From NCBI GenBank assembly GCA_964579725.1, contig CAZOHG010000006.1:22237-86236 (forward strand): DNA of 64,000 nucleotides, written 5' to 3'. The notes beneath the pieces were generated by a model, which was given only the letters and a program-made list of their open reading frames with translations, did not search any database and was not told the DNA's origin. Numbering within the stretch: the stretch's first letter is position 1; each line of letters starts with the position of its first letter. Both the position numbers and the translations under genes were made by a program. Positions 40,801-49,329 of this stretch are shown here, one piece after another. This DNA is from an uncultured Deferribacteres bacterium (GTDB lineage: Bacteria > Zhuqueibacterota > JdFR-76 > BMS3Abin05).

Positions 40801-43464
40801 CTGGAATCCATTCAACTCATGGAAACCGTCCGGACGCTTCTGTACGCACGGCGTGAGGAGACCGTTCTGTCCATGTGGGGTGACTGGGACGGCAGCACAC
40901 GCCCCAGCGGTCAGGGGCACACCCTGATTTCGGGCCCGCTCATTGCCAATATTCGCGCGCTGGCCCGTTTGGTGGCGGAATTTGAACGTCAGGCGCTGCT
41001 CTCTCCCGAGCAACGCAAAGCTCTTGCAGAGCTGGGCTCCATTGAAAAACGCATTCAGGATTTTCGCCAAACCCTGCAAAAAATCACGCGCCTCACCGGA
41101 ATTTTAGAGAAAAAATACCGAAAGACCATTCCGCTCGAATACTCTGCCTCCCGTCTCAAACGCGGGCTGCGGAAAATGGGCCTGCTCCGAGATCCGCTGA
41201 AAACGCTGTGGAAACACAACGACCGAAACGAACGCCGCATGCAGCAGTACCGGCGCAAGCGGTCTTTTGAGATCAAGCAGCTTTTTTCGGTCAATCGCTC
41301 TCTAACCGAATTGGTGCGGGCAGTGGCAGAGCAAAATCCTGACCGGCTAAAAGAAGGCGACTGGCCGGTGCTGTTAGGGCTCTACAAAAATTATTTAAAA
41401 CGATTTTACCTCACGCCCCGGATTCACCAAAAAATCATCTTGGACAAAGACCAATTTGCTGTGGACACCACCGTCACCAATTTGGTGGAACTAAACGTTT
41501 TGGCGGCGCAGTCCGGGCTGTTCGGATTCGTGTTCACGGTGCAGGTCAGCATGGCCAGTAACCCCCGCGCCATTTTGGCTTTGTACCGAAAATTGAGGGA
41601 AGAACGAGCCCGCGCTCTGCGGGAAAATCCTTCCCTGAATTTGCCGGAAATCAAGGTAACGCCGCTCTTCGAGGAATTGGAAGCTATTCAAAAAATACCC
41701 GATTTTTTGAATGAAATTTGGGACTACGCCAAAATCAGCCGCCAATTGCGGCAGCCGCCTGAAGACCGCTTTTTAGAAATTATTGGTGAATTTTTCATTG
41801 CCGGGTCGGATTTAAGTCAACAGGTTGGACAACTCAAGGCCTACTCCCTCTACCAGGACGCGCGGGAATTGTTGGACCGCTGGCTGTGGCAGAAAAATCT
41901 CTTAGGAAAAATACGGATTAAATTCGGGTCGGGAGAATCCCCCCAACGGCAGGGCGGCTACTACCGTCCTTCGGCAGGAAGCCCCGCGCTGGACGGCACC
42001 CGGCTCCAGAAAGAGGCGCACGCCCTAAACCTAACACCCGTACAGCTTCGCGTGTTCCAACAGGCACGGTCGCCCCTCTCGGGAATTTTGAGCCACAGCG
42101 ATTTTCGTACCTTTCAGTCCAACGTCATGGAACATTTGCGCTCCCGGTCGGCGGAAGAGTTGGCCCACGTCTTTTTCCACATCGGGACAAAACAACAAGA
42201 TTTTTGGAAACGGATTCTCCCCACGGCCCGGGCCCTTCACGAGAAAAACGATGCCAATTGGGCCAGGATCCGACCGACCATTCGCCGCGAAGACAGCCCC
42301 ATTTTTCTGGAATTTTTGGACGTGGTGCGCGAAAATTTTGTACAAATTGTGTACGGGCGTCCCGAAGACATGACCGGCATTCACGTGGTGTCCTATTTTC
42401 TCTCCCGCACCCTTTTTCCGCTTCGCGATCGGCCTACGGTGCGCCCCAGCCGTGAACCGGCTCTAAACCGCAGCCGGGAAATCGTGGAGCGACTCTCCAG
42501 CACGCTCCCGCTGGCCACTCACGGAACACTTCTGCGGGCCATTGGGCACAACAAAGCCCAAACCTTCCTTTTGGGAGTCAACCAATTCACGACGGGAGTA
42601 TTTCGGGGGTTGGTTCAGTTTTTGGAACGGCACGGGGCTGCCGGGCCGGGTTTGGTCCGCGAACACATTTTGCCACACCTGCCGGTGCACGACATTTTGG
42701 ACACCCTGCGCCTTTTCCACAATACAGACCTTACGTACGTCCGGGCCATTGAGGATGCCTTTCCGTCGGACAACTCGGCGCTACAGGCTTTGCGCGAAGA
42801 AAACAGCGTCCTTTCGGAATTTATTCCCCTTTTTCAACAAGAACTTCTACGCCGAAACGGCCTGGACCTGCACGGTGTTGTCCCCTCCCGACCGGAATTG
42901 GATCGCCTGCTGCCGTTTTTTCGCCCCGATTTGGCCGTGCTTTTGCAACGGAACCTGTTTAACACCAAAGTGGAACAAGCCCTTCCCGAAGCGTACCTGC
43001 CGGTAAGCCAACGGGCCGTTTTTGAGAAAGAATTCGGCAAGCGCACCGTTATTTGCGAAAATCGGCAGAAAATGTGGAAAATGCTGCGTGAGCCCATTTC
43101 CGAGCAGGTTAAAAGCTTTATTGAATTGGCACGGGCGGTTCAATCCCTTTTTACGCGGGAAACGGCTCCCGAGCTACCGGGAAGCACGGTTTCTCGCGGA
43201 CGCATTGAGCGTCTTGCCTCACAGATCAACGACATGCTGCGCAACGTGGTGGACGACAGCATGCGTCAGTTTTTGCTGACGGCGGTTCAGTATCTTCTCT
43301 ACCTCCCGGAAAACATGAAGGACGTACCGGAAGAAGTTTTGCTTGCCCTACGGGACATGGAGAAAATCCTGCGTATTGAGGAAGAAGCTCTCTCCCGCGA
43401 CGACCAAAAACGCTTGATGGCCCTATTCCTGAAAATGGCACGTGTCAGCGGAAACTGCGGTTAA
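37849..43464 (+). CDS. 1871-aa cytoplasmic multidomain protein: degenerate aminotransferase-fold domain, then PLP-aminotransferase (class I/II) domain, then divergent PEP-carboxylase-like C-terminal region
   Basis: Aminotransferase motifs in order: 'VDFHIGNPV' (aa 33-41), 'LVLVSGSARTALSLMASAW', 'ILNNPHNATGQIWPPEAVEPILLFCFRNGIRVIDDLSYADV' (N527), 'SISKTDCKAGARLA' (K611). A lysine-less pseudo-copy lies in aa ~40-400. PEPC-like motifs follow with native-like spacing: 'HPTQ' (H923), 'SMWGDWDGSTRP' (aa 1010-1015, cf. 'SWMGGDRDGNP'), 'FGSGESPQRQGG' (aa 1359, cf. 'FHGRGGSIGRGGG'), 'LRAIGH' (aa 1562, cf. 'LRAIPW'), and a C-terminal Gly. No signal peptide. Confidence 0.5.
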   Translation: MSVVRFKESAPSLVGEISRMTAESGVPAAERVDFHIGNPVRDAALDRLYNALLSGASFRDAHARDFSEEAFLQECDSPALREAFQLLFDTARKSVAYAPQGGFLPARPGTLARQIQARFEQIESPKIPYDFGTSSGKPELAFASGGRWQALALIFQFIEEDVQGEKRGTLVLGDSPRPHLFSPRIHAPERWEKSRPLQERLQAALRTDDRFVLLLEQWPERDRELLAHWLEANDLFLIEMNQSGNAASLLTFPEMKERGLRILAPDFIHPALRFSSLAILLAPFEWILHFNRLHFKKMGTPSASEIKLLSFFLTENGQFHTQRWQLFQQEVKNAVADSVEEDFPPEESAPALASVSRFVRRVEKQAHRLSQLGTQMAEKWGQKTARFSDISMENSRALGPWDPFGGKSQADVVQHFFARLNNPNLSTELTASFLSTFQAVHPEYEPEHLVLVSGSARTALSLMASAWNIEEVVVPDFSWTVGDAFPQVTSVPLKPDFQLDAERFVRVLQAKCETDPAWPRRGAVILNNPHNATGQIWPPEAVEPILLFCFRNGIRVIDDLSYADVVIASPEERRTKVPVPSLKKIALNLKKEGRIRGSHLRHLVTIQSISKTDCKAGARLAVCDIPHSADRRQFHQKMAHFSPNLLAILLSLLFYRRGAWHVARFWARRDEILWQRSRALTEAFAELPPERNPYGLRYLPPAGAMYPQLEITHLPTGLSAERLAQALARLGIGLIPLTNFSHTLEGFSQANRTFRLTLGGELDLATISAKVRRLVEMLSELVRRQAENRHFYRLRNGRVAEADFLALKKQTLTRVDVQAAEQLTAVREAARKNFRRYLPSWAQKSEQTDALLQEFVDRYLPERWSFFRTKLQDFALVQAEISQRVRQGGSEDILNDFQMELLPPEPRKRVFQYERRLFDRTVHPTQMYALDVEQLFVQQAKHLTLPNFYAQVPSEQILAALLREFVGGNVPISSEREAEEAVCDLESIQLMETVRTLLYARREETVLSMWGDWDGSTRPSGQGHTLISGPLIANIRALARLVAEFERQALLSPEQRKALAELGSIEKRIQDFRQTLQKITRLTGILEKKYRKTIPLEYSASRLKRGLRKMGLLRDPLKTLWKHNDRNERRMQQYRRKRSFEIKQLFSVNRSLTELVRAVAEQNPDRLKEGDWPVLLGLYKNYLKRFYLTPRIHQKIILDKDQFAVDTTVTNLVELNVLAAQSGLFGFVFTVQVSMASNPRAILALYRKLREERARALRENPSLNLPEIKVTPLFEELEAIQKIPDFLNEIWDYAKISRQLRQPPEDRFLEIIGEFFIAGSDLSQQVGQLKAYSLYQDARELLDRWLWQKNLLGKIRIKFGSGESPQRQGGYYRPSAGSPALDGTRLQKEAHALNLTPVQLRVFQQARSPLSGILSHSDFRTFQSNVMEHLRSRSAEELAHVFFHIGTKQQDFWKRILPTARALHEKNDANWARIRPTIRREDSPIFLEFLDVVRENFVQIVYGRPEDMTGIHVVSYFLSRTLFPLRDRPTVRPSREPALNRSREIVERLSSTLPLATHGTLLRAIGHNKAQTFLLGVNQFTTGVFRGLVQFLERHGAAGPGLVREHILPHLPVHDILDTLRLFHNTDLTYVRAIEDAFPSDNSALQALREENSVLSEFIPLFQQELLRRNGLDLHGVVPSRPELDRLLPFFRPDLAVLLQRNLFNTKVEQALPEAYLPVSQRAVFEKEFGKRTVICENRQKMWKMLREPISEQVKSFIELARAVQSLFTRETAPELPGSTVSRGRIERLASQINDMLRNVVDDSMRQFLLTAVQYLLYLPENMKDVPEEVLLALRDMEKILRIEEEALSRDDQKRLMALFLKMARVSGNCG

Positions 43465-43745
43465 AAAAGGGCAACCATTTCGCGCCCCGCTTGCACGGTT
43501 TTGACCTGAAAATCTCAGGCGGCGTGAGTCGAGCGGGTTTCCCCAAAAATTTTTGAAGAAAACGCTTCGATTGCCGTTCTCTGTGACACGCGTTGTTCCA
43601 AATTGAATGGTCGACAAGACACCACCTAACACAGGAGGCAGAAATGAATCCCAAAATTTACGTCATTAGCATGGGTGCTGAAAAACCCAAAGGCGTTCCC
43701 GGATGGCCCAACGCCGAATTAGACCCCGCCCAACGCGCCTAGGAA

Positions 43746-44957
43746 ATGTTTCAAAAATTGGTCGAATACTTTCCCTCCTACTCTTTTGTGGGCGGTGAAC
43801 TAATGGAAGCCACCGAATCGGATTTTCAGAAATTTGCAGCCCGTATCGACAAGGAAGACCCCGCAGGGGTCGTGATTTTTGGCCTGGCCATTCCACACCG
43901 CTCCGTCAAAATGTTCGGGCAGCTCCGAAAACCCATGCTGTGGGTCAACGACATTTACGGCGGAGAGCTGTACTTTTTCGACGCCATGGAGGTCGGTCTG
44001 GAAAATCACTGGCCCTTTGTGGCTCTCAGTTCCTCGCGATTTTCCGACATTGGGGCCAAACTGCGCTATTTTGACGTCATTCACGCCCTCCGGCATTCCC
44101 GCATTCTGGCCGTTCGTGACCGAGATTACCCAAAGGATTACGTTGAAAAAATCAAAAATAAATTGGGAACAGAAATTTTGGTTCGGGATCACGAGGCGTT
44201 TAATAAGGTGTACGGCACGGTTCCCGAAACGGAAGCCAAAGAATGGGCCAAACGGTGGATTGCCGAGGCGGAAAAAGTCGTTGAACCGCAATTCGAAGAC
44301 ATTTTGGCGGGTGCCAGAACCTACCTGGCACTCAAAAAAATGATGGCGCTCGAAAAGGCCAACGCCGTGACCGTCGATTGCCTGGACCTGGTTTACAAAA
44401 AGAAGATTCCGGCCTACCCGTGCCTGGCTTTTTTCCAGCTTAACAACGAAGGCTCCACCGGAATTTGCGAAGCCGACATCGATTCGGCACTGACTCAATT
44501 GCTCATCCGGTTTCTCAGCGAGCGTCCCGGTTTCGTGTCGGATCCGGTGATCGACCAGGGCACCGGCCAGATCATTTACGCCCATTGCGTAGCCGCTTCC
44601 AAAATGAAGGGTCCCAGAAGCGAACCGATGCCCTACATTTTGCGTTCACACGCCGAAGACAATTCCGGGGCATCCGTTCAGGTGAAAATGACCCCGGGCG
44701 AAATCATGTCCACCATTAAATTCGACATTAAAACCGAGCGGATTGCCTTCCACAAAGGGAAAATTGTAGGGAATGTGGACACCGACCGCGCCTGCCGCAC
44801 CAAGGTTGCTGTGGAAGTAGATACCGCAGCCGTTGCCCGCAACTACCAGGTGTCCAAGTTCGGCTGGCACCGCGTGTCCTTTTACGGCGATTGGGAAACC
44901 GAAATCCGCGAATTAGCCCAACTCATGCAGTTGGAATTTTGGGACGAACAAAAGTAA
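43746..44957 (+). CDS. FucI/AraA-like sugar isomerase-family protein (COG2407-like); probable true start at 43644 interrupted by an in-frame TAG
   Basis: The C-terminal half 'YAHCVAASKM...VQVKMTPGEIMSTIKFD...KFGWHRVSFYGDWETEIRELAQLMQLEF' resembles the L-fucose/L-arabinose isomerase C-domain. A strong RBS (GGAGG 43634-43638) plus ATG 43644 gives MNPKIYVISMGAEKPKGVPGWPNAELDPAQRA-TAG(43740-43742)-E-MFQKL..., in the same frame. Confidence 0.35.
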   Translation: MFQKLVEYFPSYSFVGGELMEATESDFQKFAARIDKEDPAGVVIFGLAIPHRSVKMFGQLRKPMLWVNDIYGGELYFFDAMEVGLENHWPFVALSSSRFSDIGAKLRYFDVIHALRHSRILAVRDRDYPKDYVEKIKNKLGTEILVRDHEAFNKVYGTVPETEAKEWAKRWIAEAEKVVEPQFEDILAGARTYLALKKMMALEKANAVTVDCLDLVYKKKIPAYPCLAFFQLNNEGSTGICEADIDSALTQLLIRFLSERPGFVSDPVIDQGTGQIIYAHCVAASKMKGPRSEPMPYILRSHAEDNSGASVQVKMTPGEIMSTIKFDIKTERIAFHKGKIVGNVDTDRACRTKVAVEVDTAAVARNYQVSKFGWHRVSFYGDWETEIRELAQLMQLEFWDEQK

Positions 44958-45078
44958 GAATCGGACTTTACAACACCCAAAAGGCTCCTCAAAGGAGCCT
45001 TTTTTTATTTTAGCAAACGGGTTTCTCGTAAAAGCGCCGCCCGACACCCGACGCTCAGCACAATCGACCCAATACCGT

Positions 45079-45723
45079 TCAGTTTGGGGAGCCCAATTCA
45101 AGACGAAGACAAGGTTTTCCCTCCCGGGAAAAGGGTGAAAAACCCATCCGAAGGAGGTATTCTCTGTGGCGTTTGTCGCCCGGAGGCGTCAAAATGGCGG
45201 TCAAACCACGGGTGCGAAAAAAATCCGATTGGCGATAATAGACGTACTTGCCAATCTTAAAATCCCGGTATCCGGGAATGGCAAAATCCAATGTCACCAG
45301 AAGGGTTTGCGCATCGTAGAGTTCCCCGATGAAAAGTCCCGCCGGTACCATATTCCGCAGGACGAAAAAAATCATTTGTGCTTTTTGGGGATTCCACTGA
45401 AAATCCGGCTGAAATGTGCGAATTTCTTTTTCATAAAACCTCAAAAAACGGCGTAAGTAGGGAGAGTCGCTCTGAACCTGCAAAAGAGTGAAATATTCCT
45501 TTTCCCGAAAGATTTGAAGCAAAAAATAAGAATCAATGAGAACAATGAAAAAATTCAACGCCGCCACAGGGTACGCACGGATGAGCAATCCGTACAGGGT
45601 GAAAAAGGCCGCTCCGATTAAATTTAGAATGCGTAGTTTGAGAATGGACGTCATCATTAACGAAACCGCCACCAAAACAGACGCCGCGTACCCGATGATT
45701 TCGTAAAAAGCCTGTACCGACAT
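45079..45723 (-). CDS. hypothetical integral membrane protein (3 N-terminal TM plus soluble C-domain)
   Basis: Start at MSVQAFYEIIGYAASVL, preceded by AAGGTGAGG. No recognisable family. Confidence 0.4.
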   Translation of the reverse strand: MSVQAFYEIIGYAASVLVAVSLMMTSILKLRILNLIGAAFFTLYGLLIRAYPVAALNFFIVLIDSYFLLQIFREKEYFTLLQVQSDSPYLRRFLRFYEKEIRTFQPDFQWNPQKAQMIFFVLRNMVPAGLFIGELYDAQTLLVTLDFAIPGYRDFKIGKYVYYRQSDFFRTRGLTAILTPPGDKRHREYLLRMGFSPFSREGKPCLRLELGSPN

Positions 45724-46069
45724 AATGTCAGACCTCACCTTAAAATTCCAAAAAATTTCCACAAAGGCGCCGATTCTTTCGTGCTTCCGCTGCGCCTGTC
45801 AAAAAATCAACCCGCCTCTTTCACAGTGCCTTGCGAAAGTGATTTAAACCCTTCCTCAAGAATCGTGTTGATTTGGAGCAAAATCAGCGATTTTTTGAAT
45901 TGTACAAAATAGCCTCATTTGCGGCAAAAAACCAGTCTTTTTCAAACCGAACGGCTCCTGACACGAGTCAAGCGCAGGGCACAACAGGAACATCTATTTT
46001 CTGCTTGCAATTCAAAGCCAATTTTCTTAAGTTACATCCACAATTTTCGGAAAAACGAAAGGATTTTTC

Positions 46070-47506
46070 ATGCAATTTACTGCGCTGGACATTGTTGCTC
46101 TCATTGCCTATTTGATTCTTGTTGTCGCACTCGGCTCTTGGTTCGGCCGAAAGCAAAAAGACGCCAAGGATTACTTTCTGGGGGGACGCGAAATTCCCTG
46201 GTTTGCCGTGGCGCTTTCGGTGGTGGCGACCGAAACCAGTACCCTGACGTTTATTGGGGTGCCTGCTCTTGCATTTGCCTCCAATATGACCTTCCTGCAA
46301 TTGACCTTCGGCTATTTTCTGGCGCGGATTATTATTAGCCTGCTTTTTCTGCCGGCGTACTACCGCGGCGACATGTTGACGGCTTACGAATTAATCGATC
46401 GCCGATTGGGCCCCAAAATGCGTCGGTACACGACACTGGTTTTCATGGTGACGCGTGTCTTAGCCGACGGGGTCCGCCTTTTTGCCACAGCCATTCCCCT
46501 GAAAATGGCAACCGGATTTTCCTACCCCACTTCCATTGCCATTATTGGAATCGTGACCCTCATTTACACCTATTTTGGTGGAATAAAAGCCGTTGTCTGG
46601 ATGGACGTGATTCAGTTTTTTCTGTACATTAGCGGCGCACTCGTGGCGTTTTTCATCATTTTGCACCTTCTTCCCAACGGTTGGCACGATGTGGCGGCCA
46701 TCGCCGGCCCGGCCGGAAAATTTAAGTTTTTCGACCCTACCTTCAACCTCAGCACCCCCTACACCATTTGGGCGGGTTTTTTAGGAGGCACTTTTCTCAC
46801 CATGGCGTCACACGGCACCGATCAGCTCATGGTTCAACGGCTTCTTTCCTGCCGAAAGCTTAAGGACAGCCAAACGGCGCTCATTAGCAGCGGCGTGGTC
46901 ATTATCATTCAATTTGCCTTTTTTCTTCTATTGGGCGTCATGTTGTACGCATTCTACCAAAAATTTCCCTTGGGGCAGCCCCTTGCACGCAGCGACGAAA
47001 TTTTCCCCCGGTTTATTGTGACGTACATGCCGCACGGAATTGCCGGTTTGGTGGTCGCGGCTATTTTTGCCGCTGCAATGTCCTCGCTGAGTGGTTCCAT
47101 TAATTCGCTTGCTTCTTCGAGCATGTGGGACATTCTAAAGCCTCTTATCGGAAAAAAACTAACGGCTGTGCGGGAATTGTTTATGTCGCGCATTATTACC
47201 CTGTTTTGGGGTATTTTGTTGATTTTAATGGCGGGGATCGCGGCCAGTTGGGGCAATGTGTTGGTCGTCGGTCTGACCATTGCTTCCTACACCTACGGCG
47301 GCATGTTAGGCACATTTTTGCTCGGCTTGCTCTCCAAACGGATCGACCAGTGGGATGCCATGGTGGCCATGACGGTGGGACTTTTAACGATCTTCGTGGT
47401 GCAGACCCAAAATATTGCCTGGCCGTGGTTCGTTCTTATCGGCACGGTGACCACCTATTTAACGGGTCAGATTTCACAAAGTGTGCGCAAGCTGGCCGCC
47501 AAATAA
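46070..47506 (+). CDS. sodium:solute symporter (SSS family) transporter
   Basis: 478 aa. 'DYFLGGREIPWFAVALSVVATETSTLTFIGVPALAF' is the SSS N-terminal signature. It is the second SSS paralogue in the window. Confidence 0.8.
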   Translation: MQFTALDIVALIAYLILVVALGSWFGRKQKDAKDYFLGGREIPWFAVALSVVATETSTLTFIGVPALAFASNMTFLQLTFGYFLARIIISLLFLPAYYRGDMLTAYELIDRRLGPKMRRYTTLVFMVTRVLADGVRLFATAIPLKMATGFSYPTSIAIIGIVTLIYTYFGGIKAVVWMDVIQFFLYISGALVAFFIILHLLPNGWHDVAAIAGPAGKFKFFDPTFNLSTPYTIWAGFLGGTFLTMASHGTDQLMVQRLLSCRKLKDSQTALISSGVVIIIQFAFFLLLGVMLYAFYQKFPLGQPLARSDEIFPRFIVTYMPHGIAGLVVAAIFAAAMSSLSGSINSLASSSMWDILKPLIGKKLTAVRELFMSRIITLFWGILLILMAGIAASWGNVLVVGLTIASYTYGGMLGTFLLGLLSKRIDQWDAMVAMTVGLLTIFVVQTQNIAWPWFVLIGTVTTYLTGQISQSVRKLAAK

Positions 47507-47587
47507 GTCAGGTGCGCAAAAAAAAACAAATTTTCAATTTGCAGAGAACCCGGCGGAGAGGCTCTTTTCACAACGAGCCGTGCTGAA

Positions 47588-47617
47588 AAAGACGGCCTGT
47601 TTTCGGAAGCAGTCTTT
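47588..47617 (+). terminator. candidate intrinsic terminator after the SSS transporter gene
   Basis: AAAGAC-ggc-CUG-uuuucggaag-CAG-GUCUUU (imperfect hairpin) followed by UCC; only a weak U-tract. Confidence 0.3.
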
Positions 47618-47730
47618 TCCCAACATGAGAAAAAATTGAGAGAAAACAAAATAGGGGGTGGTTTTTCAAGCCTCCAGCCTTTTGAAAAGCCAAAAGCCGG
47701 AGCACAAGACCTTAAAAACGGAGACAACCG

Positions 47731-49329
47731 GTGGCAAAAAGCTTTTTGAAATACAGCTTGATTTTCATTTTCTTAACCCTTTTCGTCGGCTGCCAGCAAA
47801 GCAGATCCCCCTTGAGTGCCCAGACGCAGGAGAACAAAAGCTCCGATTGGTTCGAAGGGAGTCCTTATCCGATTTCCGCCACACCGGACACGTTGTACGT
47901 TGTGGACGAAGCCCGTTTTACTCCCGACCAGCGTTTGACCATCGAATCACTTCAGGGTGTTCTGGCGCAAACGAAACCGGCCATTTACCGTTACCTAACC
48001 GGTGGGTACGCCCGCTGGCTGGCGGATTTGGAAACAAATTACGGTGTAACCCTCAATCGCACCTACCAGGGCAATTTTGTCGGGTTGCTACGGCGCTTCA
48101 AATCCCGAATTTCGGGCTATTTTTTGTGCGACCGAAACACGATTTCGGCCAACGTGGCCCTCTCACTCTGTGGCCTTCGCCAAGCCCTTGCCGCAACACC
48201 TGCCCTTCAACCGGTGTTAGACAGTCTGAAGATTCCTCTTTTGCAGGATGTTCGGACAGAAACCTTTAACGAGCTTTTGGACGCCTACGGGGCTCGTTTT
48301 GCCACACGGGCGGTGGTTTTTCAAAAGCCGGAAAAATCCCTCAATCTAAACGATTACGCTGTTTTCGGCAAAATGCTGACCTTCTTTGCCGATGTACCCG
48401 GTCCTTTGTTTACGCGCGTGCTGAACCGTTCTCCGGTCGGCGGAGCTCTTTTAGGATGGGGAAACGATGAATTCAAGCTGGTAAGCGAAAGCAGTCGGCA
48501 CGGATTTTGGGTGCACGCCGCAGACTGGTCGCTCAATCTTTCTACTCTTACCAATTTCAGTGCCGATTTAAAACAAAAAACCGTTGCCGACACAGCTTTC
48601 GTTTCCCGAGAAAACGTCCACACGGTGTGCTTTTTAATGACCGACGGGGACAACATCCAGTGGCTCCTCAACGATTTTGCCACGAATCCGCAGTGGTACG
48701 GCAGCCCTTTGCGCGGGCAATTGCCCTTGGGCTGGACGGTTTCCCCTGCCATGAGTCAATTAGCCCCCACCGTTCTCAGCCTCTTTTACCGAGAAGCGGC
48801 GGCCTCCGAAAAAGGCCACGACTATTTTGTAGCCTCCTCGTCCGGCCTGGGTTACATGTACCCGGAACGGTTTAAGAATCTCCCACAGTTTGCGGCTTTA
48901 ACGGCAAAATTCATGGAAAAATCGGATCTGCACATTTTGAACATCATCGGCAACGAGCGTTCGGAGGCTTCTCTTGTCCCATTTTTACGCCAACGAGCCA
49001 TTGACGCGATTTTTTACTACGATTTTGCCAACTACTCGGGGGGCAAGGGCGCCATTGACTGGATGGAAGGCAAACCGGTTATTTGCGGCCGCTATAATTT
49101 ATGGCAGGGATTTGAAACGCCCGCTTCTCTGGCAGAAAAATTGAACCATTTGCCTCGTGATGCGCGTTCTCCGCAAGGGTACAGTTTGATTCCGGTACAT
49201 GTGTGGTCAAACGGCGTTCCCCAGATTCAGGACTGCATCCAACGTCTGAATACCAACGTGCTGGTGGTAACACCCGACGTGTTTGTCAAACGCATTGTGC
49301 ATTTTCTGGCATCGCCATGTGGACCGTAA
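47731..49329 (+). CDS. GxGYxYP-family putative glycoside hydrolase lipoprotein
   Basis: Lipoprotein signal 'IFIFLTLFVGCQQ'. Motif 'ASSSGLGYMYPERF' (GxGYxYP). Confidence 0.5.
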   Translation: MAKSFLKYSLIFIFLTLFVGCQQSRSPLSAQTQENKSSDWFEGSPYPISATPDTLYVVDEARFTPDQRLTIESLQGVLAQTKPAIYRYLTGGYARWLADLETNYGVTLNRTYQGNFVGLLRRFKSRISGYFLCDRNTISANVALSLCGLRQALAATPALQPVLDSLKIPLLQDVRTETFNELLDAYGARFATRAVVFQKPEKSLNLNDYAVFGKMLTFFADVPGPLFTRVLNRSPVGGALLGWGNDEFKLVSESSRHGFWVHAADWSLNLSTLTNFSADLKQKTVADTAFVSRENVHTVCFLMTDGDNIQWLLNDFATNPQWYGSPLRGQLPLGWTVSPAMSQLAPTVLSLFYREAAASEKGHDYFVASSSGLGYMYPERFKNLPQFAALTAKFMEKSDLHILNIIGNERSEASLVPFLRQRAIDAIFYYDFANYSGGKGAIDWMEGKPVICGRYNLWQGFETPASLAEKLNHLPRDARSPQGYSLIPVHVWSNGVPQIQDCIQRLNTNVLVVTPDVFVKRIVHFLASPCGP

